Assembly: GCA_951406725.2 (NCBI GenBank)
Contig: OX597829.1
Location: 27,156,001 to 27,220,000, forward strand
Length of the DNA stretch: 64,000 nt
Reading direction: 5' to 3'
From: Octopus vulgaris
Lineage: Eukaryota
The notes beneath the pieces are model-generated. The model saw nothing but the letters and a program-made list of their open reading frames with translations. It was not told the DNA's origin and searched no databases. Below, piece by piece: positions 39,593 through 52,599 of this stretch; positions within the stretch are counted from its first letter, which is position 1, and the number at the start of each line of letters is the position of its first letter. Both the position numbers and the translations under genes were made by a program.

Positions 39593-41495
39593 AATAGACA
39601 AATGTAAACATCTTATCTTTATATACAATATCTTCCTGAAGAGAATAAAGAATGATCAGCCAGACTAGTTTCAATCCTGCACTGGTAATTTATCAGTATA
39701 AATTACTGAGTTACTTAAGTGCTTGATAATAGTGGGTTTATAAGCAATGTTTACGTGGATAGTTAAAATACTCAGTTTGCTAATGAAGTCCCAATTCAAA
39801 ATAGAAACAAATCTGGTTGATCTCTCTTTTTTATTACATCTATCTATTACATAGTGTGTTGGCTAAAATGTATAGATATATTATTTTATATAATACAGTT
39901 TTATAATCTTTAATGGCTTTAAAAATTATTTTTATATGATTTTTAAAAAAATCATTTTTAATTTACAAAAAATATTATACAATAAAATTCTTTCACATAC
40001 AACATAGTTCACACTCACACTGATAAAAGTGATAAAAACTGAACTCCTGCCATGTTGCAGATAAATTGGCCTTGAGTCAAGTAGTGTAATATTCTTAGTA
40101 GCATAATGATGTGCAAGTCAGCCTGTAATATTTTAGGAAATTAATCTAGACATTTGAAGCATTTAGTCTAATTCAAGCCTAACAACAAATAATAGATACT
40201 GTAATTGAAAAACAATATAAAAAGATTTTAAAAGAAAATATGGCATATTAAAATAAACTAAAATGTGAAATAAACAATGCCTCTATTATGAAAGATAGTA
40301 TATATTCATGTTTATTTTTGTATTCTGGATATGCTTTGTTTTATGAAACCTGGCATGAAGCTAATGTTTGAAACTGTGATGAGTTAATTTGAATTAATAT
40401 TGTATCATGAGGGACAGAATTACTTTTTCTTTCTTCCTCTCTCTAACATTGTTTGTAACTAGTTTTAATAGCTTCTTCAGCAATAATATATTAAAAATAA
40501 ATATGCCACCTGTCCTATAATGTTTGTAGAGAATATCGAAAAAGATCTAATTTAGAAGGTAATTGAAAGAGATGATTGTGGCTTGAACTACTTATAATGA
40601 CAGTAATACGAAATGAGGAAATATTGTGAACTGGTAGGAGGAATTGGACATTATGAAGGTTTTGGTGAATAAGAGATTAACAAAAGATGTGAATTGCTTT
40701 AGTTCTTTGGAGTTCTAATGGATATGTAACACACTGAGAATCTTGTATTGTACATATTGATACATTGAATGTGAAGACAAAGTAAACTTTAGAATTTAGA
40801 ATTGGTAGGATATAATTTGATCCCCAAATTGGTTAACTCAAGGAAAACAAATGTTTGAAATTCTCATGATATTAAGTAAATAGAATAGAGATGAATTTGA
40901 TTTGATTTCTATAATTTGCCAAACTGCCAAAATAGATTTTGAAATTGAGGAAGTCATGTGGCCATTTAAAATAGTATTTTGGTTTTTGTTTTTCATAATG
41001 TAAAAACAAAATATTTGTGTCTCCTGCAGTGATTCTCAATTCTTTTGACTTTATGATTCACTGGAAATGAAATTTTAAAAAAATGGAAATTTTTTCATCT
41101 CCATTTTGAAGTTGAAAACATAGAAATCTGTTGAAAATGTCATTTATTACAAACTTATAAAGAACAAGTTTTGCAAATCACTCATGCATGAAAATGAATT
41201 GTTCTTGACATAAATCTTATTTTAAAAAATCTTCAACATACCTACATCTAAATATTCTTGGTGGAGCACCAATTACCATTTTGATACCCACTCATTATAA
41301 AGTATTTCACCATTCTTTTGCTTCTTTGCGTTTGATAAACTCACTTAGCGAAAAGATTTTGAAATCTTATAAAGAATGATATATAAAATATTGATTGCAT
41401 TTACAAAATTCTTTGAAAGATATTAATGTGTTTCATTTTTTTCATGAATTTATCCAGAAATAAACATTGTATCATAATATATTTATTTTTAACAG

Positions 41496-41587
41496 GTGAC
41501 TGGAAAATTTAGGGGTAGCCAAAATCCATTTACACGTGGTTGCTGTAAAAATTGCAAATATGCTCTTTGTGGTCCACAATGGCCAAG
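41496..41587 (+). CDS. ZDHHC8: ZDHHC5/8 exon (PaCCT motif and C-terminal Cys cluster)
   Basis: Acceptor tttttaacAG; reads [30 protein letters not shown](R); donor AG|GTAATA. The NPFxxGCC..LC pattern matches the ZDHHC5/8 C-terminal palmitoylated Cys region. 92 bp, phase 0 to 2. Confidence 0.93.
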
Positions 41588-42808
41588 GTAATAAAAAACA
41601 TGTCTTCTTAGATCAACTTTTGTTTTGCTGTATTCTAATGTTTTCCCTCTCCCCTCTCTCTCTCTCTCTCTCTCACTCACCCACATGCATGCACACTTAC
41701 CATACCATCATCATTTAACATCTAACTTCCATGCTGGCATGAACTGGATAGTTCTACAGGACCCAACAAGTCGGAAAACTGTCATATCCCATTGTCTGCT
41801 TTGGCATGGTTTCTGTGACTGAATGCTTTTCTTAAAGTCAACCACTTTACAGAGTGCAATGAATACTTTTTTTTGTGACACTACCACCAGTGAACCTATC
41901 TTGTAACTTTCAAGACTAAATATAACTCTTTACTAAATGGGGGTTCAGTAAAGAGAGGAGCAACTTTATGCTAGTGTTGAGTGGTTAAAACATGAAACAA
42001 GGGATAGAAACAAGTTTGTTACAGTAGAGGAGATACATGGCTACCTCACATTTTATAAAGGAGGGTGGGAGCAATTGGAGTGAAACTCAAAAGGGAGAGA
42101 TAATTATGATAGGTGTTAGAGTGAGCCCTCAAAGTTCAAGGAAGTGAATAGAAAAGAGAGAGGGGACAGAACACTGGGTAGGATGGGTGAGTAGATGTTG
42201 TGCGAGTGTATGAAAATGAAAGTCAGGTGTAGGGTGAATGTAGTGAACGGTGAACTAGGGTAATGGGGGTGGTTGATGATAAATATGAGTTGAAATTAAG
42301 TTAGGGAAGAGGAGGGGATAACTTGTTCAGAAAGGGTGCAAAGCTGCAGAATAGTAATACAGGAAAAGATGAAAGAAAGGGAATTGATGGGTTGGTTGCA
42401 AGAATGTGTGGAGAATGAGAGACATGAAAGTGGAGAGGAAGATGGTCAGAGATACATAGGGGCCAGTAAACTGGTAGTGGTTGAGGGGGAAGGTGAGATA
42501 ATTTGTAGCACATACACACAAATAGAACTAAGTTATATAAATTTTTGTACTACAACAAAATTATGTACTTTTTTGTAATCTAAGCTTTCAAAAGTAGTTG
42601 TAGTAGTAGTAGTAGTAGTAATATCCATGTTCATGGATATCGTCAGTTATTTACTAAATTTTTTCATCCATTCATTTAAAAAATGTACTGCTTTTTTCAT
42701 TATCTAATATTTATAGCATTTATAGTTCTTTAGGATGTTGAAACTAACAGTGATAGTAGTGTAGCTAATTTTTTGCTTTACTGATTTTAATGCATTTTTT
42801 TTTTAAGA

Positions 42809-43156
42809 GAGCACCTTTTCAAACTCCGTCTGTCTAACACCCGTGGACATGTTTACAAAGTTAGAAAACAGCACAGCTCCCATGACATTCGGAAACATTT
42901 TTTCACGCTGAGAGTTGCTGAAGCATGGAACAAACTGCCGGCATCAGTTGTTAGTTGTCGGAGCACTGCATCCTTCAAAACTTCCATGCTTCCTGAGATT
43001 CGCCAACACTACACCTAATTTTCTCCCCTCCATACACACGCAAGCATGTTCACTTCCTAGACATTTGTACATTACTGCATATGCTTTATACACACTTTTG
43101 ACAAGTTGTGGTGCACCTGAGCACTGTATACAATAATTTCATTATTATTATTATAT
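42809..43156 (+). mobile_element. CR1-clade LINE 3' end
   Basis: Open frame EHLFKLRLSNTRGHVYKVRKQHSSHDIRKHFFTLRVAEAWNKLPASVV...HYT-TAA (43016-43018), then a short UTR and an (ATT)n tail. Confidence 0.88.
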
Positions 43157-43224
43157 TATCTTCAAAATTTTTGAATGTTTTTGAATTCTTATATTTATCT
43201 ATGTTATATTTGTTTATTTTTCAG

Positions 43225-43363
43225 GCTTGTTTCATATAAACCAAGAACAAAAACTGTCCAATTTGAATCCTCAAGAGTAACTTATGTTGCTGCTGATAAA
43301 GATGTTAAAATATTCATGGACAACAGTAATGGAATAAAACATGACAACACATCTAATCACAGG
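43225..43363 (+). CDS. ZDHHC8: ZDHHC5/8 exon (start of the cytoplasmic tail)
   Basis: Acceptor tttatttttcAG; reads (R)LVSYKPRTKTVQFESSRVTYVAADKDVKIFMDNSNGIKHDNTSNHR; donor AGG|GTAAAA. 139 bp, phase 2 to 0, compatible with both neighbouring exons. Confidence 0.82.
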
Positions 43364-43407
43364 GTAAAATTCATTTGAGATTTATCAAGTTATGTTTTGA
43401 ATATATA

Positions 43408-44651
43408 GAGGGGTTGGACAAAATAATGGAAACACTTTAAAATTTCAAACAAATTTATTTTAATATGGGGGTAGGTCTGCCTTTGGCAGTAATTACAGCT
43501 TGAATTCTAGGAGCTATGGACTTGTACAAAGTTTGAATTGTTTCCAAAGGAATTTTTGTCCATTCTTCAGCTAAAACAGTCTCCAGTTCTAGCAGTGATG
43601 ATGGTGGAAGATATCGACTCCTTACTTGTTTTATTCTAAAATGCAGCATAAATGTTCAATAATATTGAGATCTGGGGACTGTGGTGGCCAGATAAGATGT
43701 TCAACTAGAATGTTCCTCGTGCCATTCAGTAACAACTTTAGCTGTGTGAATTGGTGCATTATCATCCTGAAAGATTGTGTTTCCCTCCAGAAACAGTTCT
43801 GTAACCATAGGATGAATTTCATTAGATAAAATGCTTAAATAATCTTGACTATTAATTCTGCCATGAAAGGAAACCATTGGGCCTGCAGATATAGTCCACC
43901 AGATCATCACAGATCCTCCGTGTTTAACAGCTGGAAGGAGGCAGTCTGGGTCAAATGCTTCATTTGGTAGTCTCCACACGTATACTCATCTGGTGGTCGA
44001 AAATAAAGGTGAAGGATGACTCGTCCGAGAAAGTAACATTCTTCCACTTCTCTAGGGACCAATTCTGTAGGTTTTTACTCCACACTAAACACTTTGCAAC
44101 ATTTGTTTTTGAAAGTAGTGAATTTCTGATTGCAGCCCTCCCATGAAATCTGGTTTTGTGCAGCTCCTGGCAAACAGTTTTTGTGGAAACTGGGTTCTTG
44201 AGGTGGTCATTAAGCTCTGCAGTAATTTTGGGAGCTGTACTTTTTGATCCTTTCTAACAATTCGTGTAAGAGTCCAATGGTCCCTATCTGAAAGTTTGGC
44301 TTTCTTCCAGAGTTTTGTTTCAGCAAGGAGGTTTTCCCTCTTTCTTAAAGGCTGTCATTACTTTCGAAACAGTACTTCTTGATACACCAAACATTTTGGC
44401 TGTTGCTAGCACCTGGCATATGAGCACCAACAATTTGACCTCTTTGAAAGTTCAATAGATCTGTCATTTTAATGAATTTTAATTACCTTTTTCTGATGAC
44501 ATCTGAAATGAAACAGCAATTTTAGCAAAACATTAAGCAACACTAATAATAAATCAAAGAACTTATAAACAAACAAGCTTTTGACAGTTTTATAGATATT
44601 TCAAAATTATGCTATGATGCTAAGTGTTTCCATTATTTTGTCCAATCCCTG
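43408..44651 (-). mobile_element. Full-length but inactivated Tc1 (DD34E) transposon
   Basis: 30-bp TIRs (43408-43437, 44622-44651) with TA flanks. Transposase from ATG 44467 (MTDLLNFQRGQIVGA) with FSDES, FQDDNAPIH and WPPQSPDLNIIEHL motifs; several frameshifts. Confidence 0.93.
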
Positions 44652-46349
44652 TATGTATATATATATATATATATATATATAAAATCTTGTACAGTCGTCT
44701 GACTTGGCAGCCCCCACTCAAACCATCCAACCTATGCCAGCAGGGAAAGCAGAAGTTAAACAACGATAATGATGATGATTCCTTAATTTTATTTCTTATG
44801 AATTATATTTTGTTTTTATTTTAGCAGAGTATTTTTTTTTTTTTGAAAATTTTAAATTCATCATTTCTATTGCTGTATAGATGCTAGGTTTCTTTCAAGT
44901 AACTTTGAATGAGGACATGTATGTAGTATCCGCCAAAGCTGTACAGAATAAAATTTGCTTTCTTATATAGATTTAATGAAAATATCTGTATTTTCACTGA
45001 GGTATAAAACTAAAACTGAAATAGCCTATCACTACCAGATAAACTATCAAACAAGTGTCTGTTACCTCTGTTTTGGATAGGTAATGATTAGCGTAAAATG
45101 TTTCAATAGTATATTTTCCACTAATGTCCCTACAATGGTGACTTTGAACAATAGAGTAGATAAGTTTAGTAAAATTGATGCTATTGATTTACTGAGGATT
45201 TATAATAGATAGAATTTACTATTTGGAAAGGGAAGAGTAAACTGTTGTCTGCTGGTTCTTTGAACAGGGATAAAAATGAGATTGAATGATTTGAAATAGT
45301 ATGAAACAACAGTATGTTTCAAGTTATGCTGAAATTTTAGCAAATCAGGTTCTAAGTTGTAGTGACCATCATTGTAATTCTCTAGAAAATATTTAACAAT
45401 GAACTAAAACATAGAGGATAAAAGAAGGTTGGCTAATCATTATGGTAGGTTTCTTTGGGAAAGGTGAAGAAAATAGCCTAAGACAAAATTCATAATTCTT
45501 GTAAGGCAACTTCTTGCACTGTTGATTCTGATTCTGTTGAAATTGCTAATGTCATTCACTTAAAATTCTTTTGGAAAGTTTATATTAAAGAATTATTATT
45601 ATTATATTTTGATAGTAATATTCAAATGTCTTAATTCTTACTGCTTATTTATTACAATTCTTAGAAGTTTTATATTAGATTTTTTTTTTAGGGATTTTAA
45701 AATAGCTAATGTTTCTTCTTTTTTCTTTAATTGCATAAGTTATATTTTGTCCAGTTCAAAATTACTTAAAGCTATTTCTGATTTGTTTTTATGCTCAGAG
45801 AAATCACTTGTATTAAACATTGATTTGTAAATATACATAAGATCACCAGTAAAAGATGCTTTTGTACACTGAACTTATTGTAAATCTCAATTCTGCATAA
45901 TTGCAGTTTTTACTGTGAGCATCAATAATTTTTAATTTGTATGACCTTTTCAATGATAAACTACTCCACATTTGCTCTCCCCATCTCTCCTCTGAATACA
46001 TATAAAATATTATCTCTTTACTTTCTTCTTCTAGCTCAATCTCTCCAAAATGCAACAAATTTATTTACAGCCAGCTAGCACCTCAAGCTATTACTGTGAA
46101 ATAACTTATAGTCCTGAGTTGGTTCCAGTCATCACTAAACCTGGCAACCTCTCCTTACCCTCTTTATTGCAAATGGTACCCCAAAATGTAAAAGCATGCT
46201 AACTAATTTACAATCTTTTGCAAATTTTGCATATTTTCCCAATTCTTTTGTAAAATAGAAAATAATACTTATCTCCTTTACTCACTCAGAAATTGTAGAT
46301 AAAATGCTTATAAATGGTTTTAACTGTTTAAATTTTGCTCTTGTTTCAG

Positions 46350-47162
46350 CAAGCCAGTCTATCTTTAGATGAAGAAACAGAAAGGCAAAGTCAGTCAATG
46401 GATTGTGAACCAAGTCCACCAAAGCAATCTGGGTCCTACAGCAATCTCTTTGATCCTACTAATCCAACATCAGTAGGGGCAGCTATGCAAGCTAATCAAG
46501 GAAATCATATTGGTAGAATATCACCCAGGATACCACCACGTAATTTGTATACACAGTCCCCTCAAAGAACACGTTCAGCTGACAAAAAGGCTCCAGTTGC
46601 CACGCCTGAAGTGGTTTCCCCCATCAGTTCTCCTACAGTAAAATCACAATCTAGTTCTCCAAGTCCTACTAAATATAACTATGCTAAACCTCCTATAGGT
46701 TATCACACACCTCGCTCAAATGGATTCACATCCCTTACGCCTGGGCCACAAATGACAATGCCATCAACAGGATCTTCACATCCCCCATACATGGGGTCAA
46801 GTGTAAATAGAGGTTTTAGTAGGACAGGAAGTCCAGTTATATATACGCTGGATAAAAGTAAACCTCAGCATTACCAATATTCTACAGGAGTTGGACAACC
46901 ACCATATGAACATGGTAACAATGTTAATTATTCTTCTCCATCTCACAGATATATACCTGTGGAATATTCTTCAGTGACATATGACCCTGATAAGGTAAGA
47001 GTGCCTCGTCGACCTATGTCATTTGTACGAGCTTTGGAAGTGAGTGAGGCTGTAGAACAGAAAGAAAAGCAGCATGCTACTCCATCCAAAAGATCAGAGG
47101 CTTATCAAGAGGAAGAAAAACCACGTAACATGTATGATTCAACTTATGAAATTTCAGTTTGA
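46350..47162 (+). CDS. ZDHHC8: ZDHHC5/8 terminal coding exon (Ser/Pro-rich disordered tail with PDZ-binding end)
   Basis: Acceptor ttgtttcAG at 46349; 270 open codons ending YDSTYEISV-TGA. YEISV is the C-terminal PDZ ligand shared by vertebrate ZDHHC5 and ZDHHC8. Confidence 0.93.
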   Translation, partial: QASLSLDEETERQSQSMDCEPSPPKQSGSYSNLFDPTNPTSVGAAMQANQGNHIGRISPRIPPRNLYTQSPQRTRSADKKAPVATPEVVSPISSPTVKSQSSSPSPTKYNYAKPPIGYHTPRSNGFTSLTPGPQMTMPSTGSSHPPYMGSSVNRGFSRTGSPVIYTLDKSKPQHYQYSTGVGQPPYEHGNNVNYSSPSHRYIPVEYSSVTYDPDKVRVPRRPMSFVRALEVSEAVEQKEKQHATPSKRSEAYQEEEKPRNMYDSTYEISV

Positions 47163-50100
47163 TAATTTCTTGCAGCTTTGATTATTATCGTTTTTTTTTT
47201 TTAACTGAAAAAAAACAAAACAAAAAACAACATGATTTGTGTACACATTTGGTGGCTAATGTGTTGTAATATGGATTATAGAATGTTTGAATTTGCAGCT
47301 GAAAGTAATTGTGTAAAAAAACTGAAGAGAAGAAAAATCTCAAGCAGATCAGTGACTACTGTTTTCTGCAGCCATTCTTTTACTACTACTACTACTACTA
47401 CTACTATAGAAATTATTATTATTAACTGGTATATGTATCTAATTCTGTTATTTTCTATCTAAAGAAAGTGAGATATAAAATCTCCCATAAGATGTACTAC
47501 AATGACATATTTATCTTAGTGAAAGGGTTTCGTGCATTTTTTTTAAATAAGAAATATAGAGTAAATGAAACGATTGATATATTCACTTATAAGTATAATT
47601 CTAATGATGTTTAAGACTACTTTGAACAAATTGCATAAACTAAATTTGTACTGCCATTTTAGTGTCAGCAAATTTTTGCTATTTTTTTATCTCATTGTAT
47701 AGTTTCTTTTTAAATAATAACATTAGGATGAATTAATGTTTTTATTTATATTTTTCATTCCCTCCCTCTTAAAAGCACAAATAATATTAACTAAATTCAA
47801 AATTATTGCTTATTTATGAATTTAAGTTGATTGAATTATTACAATGAGATATTTAGGCAACAAAAAATTTCAATAATTATACACAACTATTCATTGCAAA
47901 CAGTTGCATTCTAACTTCCTTTTGTGTACTGCGCTGACGGGTAGTCTTCTAAAGCAATCCATACACAATAATTTAAGTAATGTTTAACATTACAGTTTCT
48001 CATTAATGTCTTATGGTTATAATATGCATATATTACATTTCACTTGTTAGAATTGTCCGATGTATGCTAAAGATATAAAGGGAGCTAATGCCTTGACTTA
48101 TGCTTATAATTCAATACTTATCAATCATTTATGACATATTAAACTTTGTATCAATCTTCTGAAATGTGATTACAGCAATAGAACATTGAATCTTACTAGT
48201 ATATATACATGAAGCTTGCTTGTTTGGTTGATAAATTAGAAATTGAAGAATTGATATATTTCAAATCATAGTGATGTTATTTAGCTTCACTTTTTGATAT
48301 TTTTTTTCTAAGGATAATTGTGTGACTGAGTTTATAAAGAAAACATGCATATTGATGTATCATCATATTCAGATATTCAAATTAATGCTTGTTGTTAAAT
48401 TTAAGCATTTTGTGAAGTATATTTTGATGTATGGGTGTGATTGTATATATGCTGTTTTGTCAATGGAATTCCATAACCACTATAAAAACAAATATAAGAT
48501 TCTTTCCTATAATTGCTGTATTTCCCCCTTTTAAAACACTTTCCTTGCAGTAAAACTGTTAACATTTCTGAAATCTATTTGAATCAGAGGATTCTTCAGT
48601 TTCTTTTTTACAGTTGGCATTATGGCTTAAATGTCAATGTAGCAATGGTCTTTCACAAGCTTAAAACTTGGTAGGGGGGAGCACAAAAGTGAACCCAGGG
48701 AATATGGCTGTTTTGATTTTTTTTTTTAATTTTATTTTTATTTTTAGTATCAATGTTTTGAACAGACCTTGCAGTATGTAGCCAAACATATGTCCATAAA
48801 GTTCCAAGACTGACTGTATTAAATACTTAACATTTGACTGTATATGAATATACTTTTGAAAACTTCCATGATAGGGCAAAATAAATTTGCCTTTTCTCAT
48901 ATAAGTGACATAAAACCTTTAGTATTTTTGGCTATATGACTGGAACTTTATAACTGAAACTTGTACATATGGTAAATTGGTTGGTATTGCTCAGGAGAGA
49001 CAGATGTAAAAAATTCAGTTGTGGGTTATTATTTAACAAAACCAATTAATGTATGCATTGACTCTGATGACAGTATGATGTTATTTGTATGTGAGAAATG
49101 TGTGTCCAATTATTTTTAGGTCACTTGTAACAGTGGATCTCCTAATTCCCCCTCCCTCTTTTTTTTCTGAAGTATTTCATAAAATTTGCCAATTGTTTAC
49201 ATAAAATGATAATATATAATCATACTGCCTCCTGCCTATACTAAATTTTCTTTAAATTATGATGAAATATTACTTTATTATTGTAATTTATTTTGTACGC
49301 ATTTAGCAAATACCTAGATGATATTGAGCATTAATTTTCAAATAATTCTTAATCAAAATTATTGTTTTCAAATATTGAGATAATACTTTTTTTTTTTTGT
49401 TTTATAATTGGACATCATTTTCATATTATTTAGCTGAATGTTAATTTTTTTTAAGCATTCAGTTTTAATAATTGTATCAAACTTCAAAACATTTAGATAT
49501 AGCTATTCTGTTTTTTAAATGTATGCATTGATTTTTGTATAAAAAGGGAGAGACTAAAAACTGCTTGTTTTTTGTATTTTCCTTTTTATTTAATCTTTTA
49601 AACTTTATAAACTTGTGTGAAAAGAAATTTTTTTCTTTAAAAAAAAAAAAGGAAATTCAACAACTTTCCATTCTATATTTTCTGAATTCCTAATGCTGTT
49701 GAATTTTTTTTTCATCTTTTTTTTTTATACCTTTTAACAACCTGTTTTCTTTTTGAAAATTAAAAGTTAAATTTGAAACCAATTTACTTTCTGTTTAAAA
49801 TTTTGTTATTCTCCAAAATCATTTTCCAATTTTCATTTTTTTAAAAAAATATATTATATTTCAGTTACCTTATGTAAGTATTTGTTATTAACTTGTCGGA
49901 TTATCTTGTGGGTACACAAATCATTCATTTATTCAATGGCTAGTTAGCTTAGGCTATTGATGTATATTAAATATATCTACATACAAGACTCATTATTCTA
50001 TGCTTTTGTTACTCTTCATCATCAAAGCTTACTGATCTCATATAATATGTATTTCCATCATATCACAGTATCTTGATTGGCAATTAACACATTTGGTAAA

Positions 50101-52440
50101 CTTGGTTAATAAATTTACTTTGTTTCATTTAGTTTTTGTTAACTTACTTAACCTAGACAATTAGTAGTATTTTCTATATATAATATTCATTCATATTCTT
50201 TTTCAACTGTAGGCATATTTGTTAAAGCAAAGTATTTTTTCTATCAAATTTTCATTCTGTAAAGCAAAAGTACTCAGCTATTTATTGGGCTTGTGATGAT
50301 CATAAAATTCCATTCCATCTACAATTATTAAATGTTATTTAATTATTTTTTTAAGTTCCATATCAACTTTACACATTTATCCAATAAAATGTTTAATTTA
50401 CCATAAGTTTAAGCTTTTAAAAATAAAACAAATGACGAAAAAAAATGAAATTTTTCTTAACATATTAAATCCAAAATGTGAATTCTTGCCCTGTGAACAC
50501 ATTTTTGTTTGTGAATGAATGTCTTAACTGCTGTGTATAATCTGATGTCTACACTCTGTATGCATATACCAAAAATCCAACTGCCATTGACATTTAGATG
50601 ATTCATGTAATGAAATAATTTAAATATCATTAAAAAAAAGTATATTCATTTAAAATATTTTGATTCATACTTTGGAAATTATTTTAAAGGCTCATCAATT
50701 ATACAATGATCACCTGTTGAAAATAACTGATTCAAAATATTGAAATGAATAGGTAACAAATACATTTGCATTTGTTGGGAGAAAAATATTAGTAAACTCA
50801 CTTTTCATTTGGCATATTTCTTTTTGCTTATGTAGCACTTTCAGAAGTTATTTTATTTCTCAGATTAACTTGATCAATTTAGCAAATTATGCCAATGTCC
50901 AGTTTGTTAAATATGAATTATAATGAGTACGTTCATTATGCACTCATTAATTTAATTTGAAAATGCTCTTATTTCCTGTTCCCTAGTATTATGTAATATA
51001 TTTTCTAAAAAAATACTTTTCTGTTTCCTATCACAAGTATAAACTTATTTTTTAAGCTTCTAAATTTAATATTTTTATAAAAAATATTCTGGCTAGATAT
51101 CAATAATGTATGTATTGACTCTAATTTTTCAAAATTAATCTATAGAACGCTGCAGTATGTATAAACTTATTTATCTCCCCTTGGAATTTGGTATGCAAGT
51201 TAAATTTTCTTTAAAATTTTTTATCATATGCTATTCATACTACTGATACTTTGCTCATTTAAAAATGCTTTCCTTAGATTTACATACTCTTCAGTTTCCT
51301 TTAATATAGAGCAACAAGCTTCACTACTATGTTTTTATGGCTCTATATTGAATATATTTAATAATTGTACTAGGTAATGGTTTTGTTGGACAGCCCTAAC
51401 TCCCTCATTCAGAATTATTATTATTGTTATCATTGTTCTTTTTTTTATGTACTTTTTCTCCTTTAATCAAGGGGAAACTTTGAGCCCGAAAATTTTGTCC
51501 CATAAATGAATGTGCATCATGTTTTCACTAAAGACTATTCTTGAAGTATTACAACTTCAAATAAAATTGGTAAAAAGTAGCCTTCCTCATTTATCTAAAA
51601 AATGAAAACAAAATTGAAATTTGCTAGACATTATTGAAGAAAAATAAAAAAAATATATTTACATGATTTTCTTCTTCCTTTTTTTTCTCTTTCTTTTATT
51701 GATTTTTTAAAATTGACACAAGTATTCGTGATTTCTATTTCGTTACTGTAGGCTTTATATCTGGGAATTATTTATTCTATTATTAAATATTAGGTTATGA
51801 TGGAAAGAAAACTTAGGATATGCAAAAAATAAAATTAGTTTTCAGTAATGAATAAAATAGCTCAAATACAGATCTAATTAAAATTGATAAATTTTGACAA
51901 CTGTTTAACATGAAAAAAAAAATGTTGAATTTTTTCGTCTCAGAATACTGATTCTAAGTTTTTCATAAAATAACTATTATACATTCCAAAATACAAGTGA
52001 TTTTGTGAAATTGTAAAAAATAATCCAATTCAAAAACAAAAGTTACCATTCCAAGTTGCATAACAATGAACATACTTTTTTTTAATAAACAAATTCATAA
52101 TGTCTTATGAAATGAAAGACATTCATTTTACCATGTCCAATTCTTAATACTTATCTACCAGATTGTATGAAATGTTGGTAGATGGTATACATTGCATCCC
52201 TCCAGGTGGTTTTCTTTTTGTTTATTTGTTTTTATTATGCTTTTTTTATAATGCTTGTGAGTTTTTTTATATATATATATATACATTATGTAAGAAAAAA
52301 GAATTCTATTCTTTGTGAACAACGGAGAAATATTTTGACACATCTTAAAAGCTAGATGTGGATCATGTATTTAAGTGACATGTAAAGTTTAATACTCTGC
52401 ATCAAATAGGCATAGAGAGTTTAAGAATAAAATAATTTTC
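47163..52440 (+). other. Probable long 3' UTR of the ZDHHC5/8 gene (end uncertain)
   Basis: About 5 kb of AU-rich sequence after the stop with no recognisable SINE, LINE or long microsatellite, unlike the introns. AATAAA at 50383, 52084, 52426 and elsewhere; SINE fragments resume near 52600. Confidence 0.5.
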
Positions 52441-52599
52441 AGTTAATCCTAAATAGGTTAGGACAGAAATGTTCTAAAATATTTGAAGAAAGAAATAGAA
52501 AGATTTTCAAAAGTGAACTGCAAATAGTAGCATGTCTAACCATTTACTGTTGGGTTGAAGTTAGATTTTTCTCTTTTAATGAATTTAGGAAAATTAAGG

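Noticed and set aside
46335-46349. ORF-track start (TTG) of the 275-aa ORF as an independent gene
   Set aside because: These bases are the intron's pyrimidine tract and AG; the ORF is the terminal exon of the ZDHHC gene.
51303-51349. 10-bp inverted repeat AATATAGAGC/GCTCTATATT in the putative 3' UTR
   Set aside because: Short, AT-rich and with a long loop; expected by chance.
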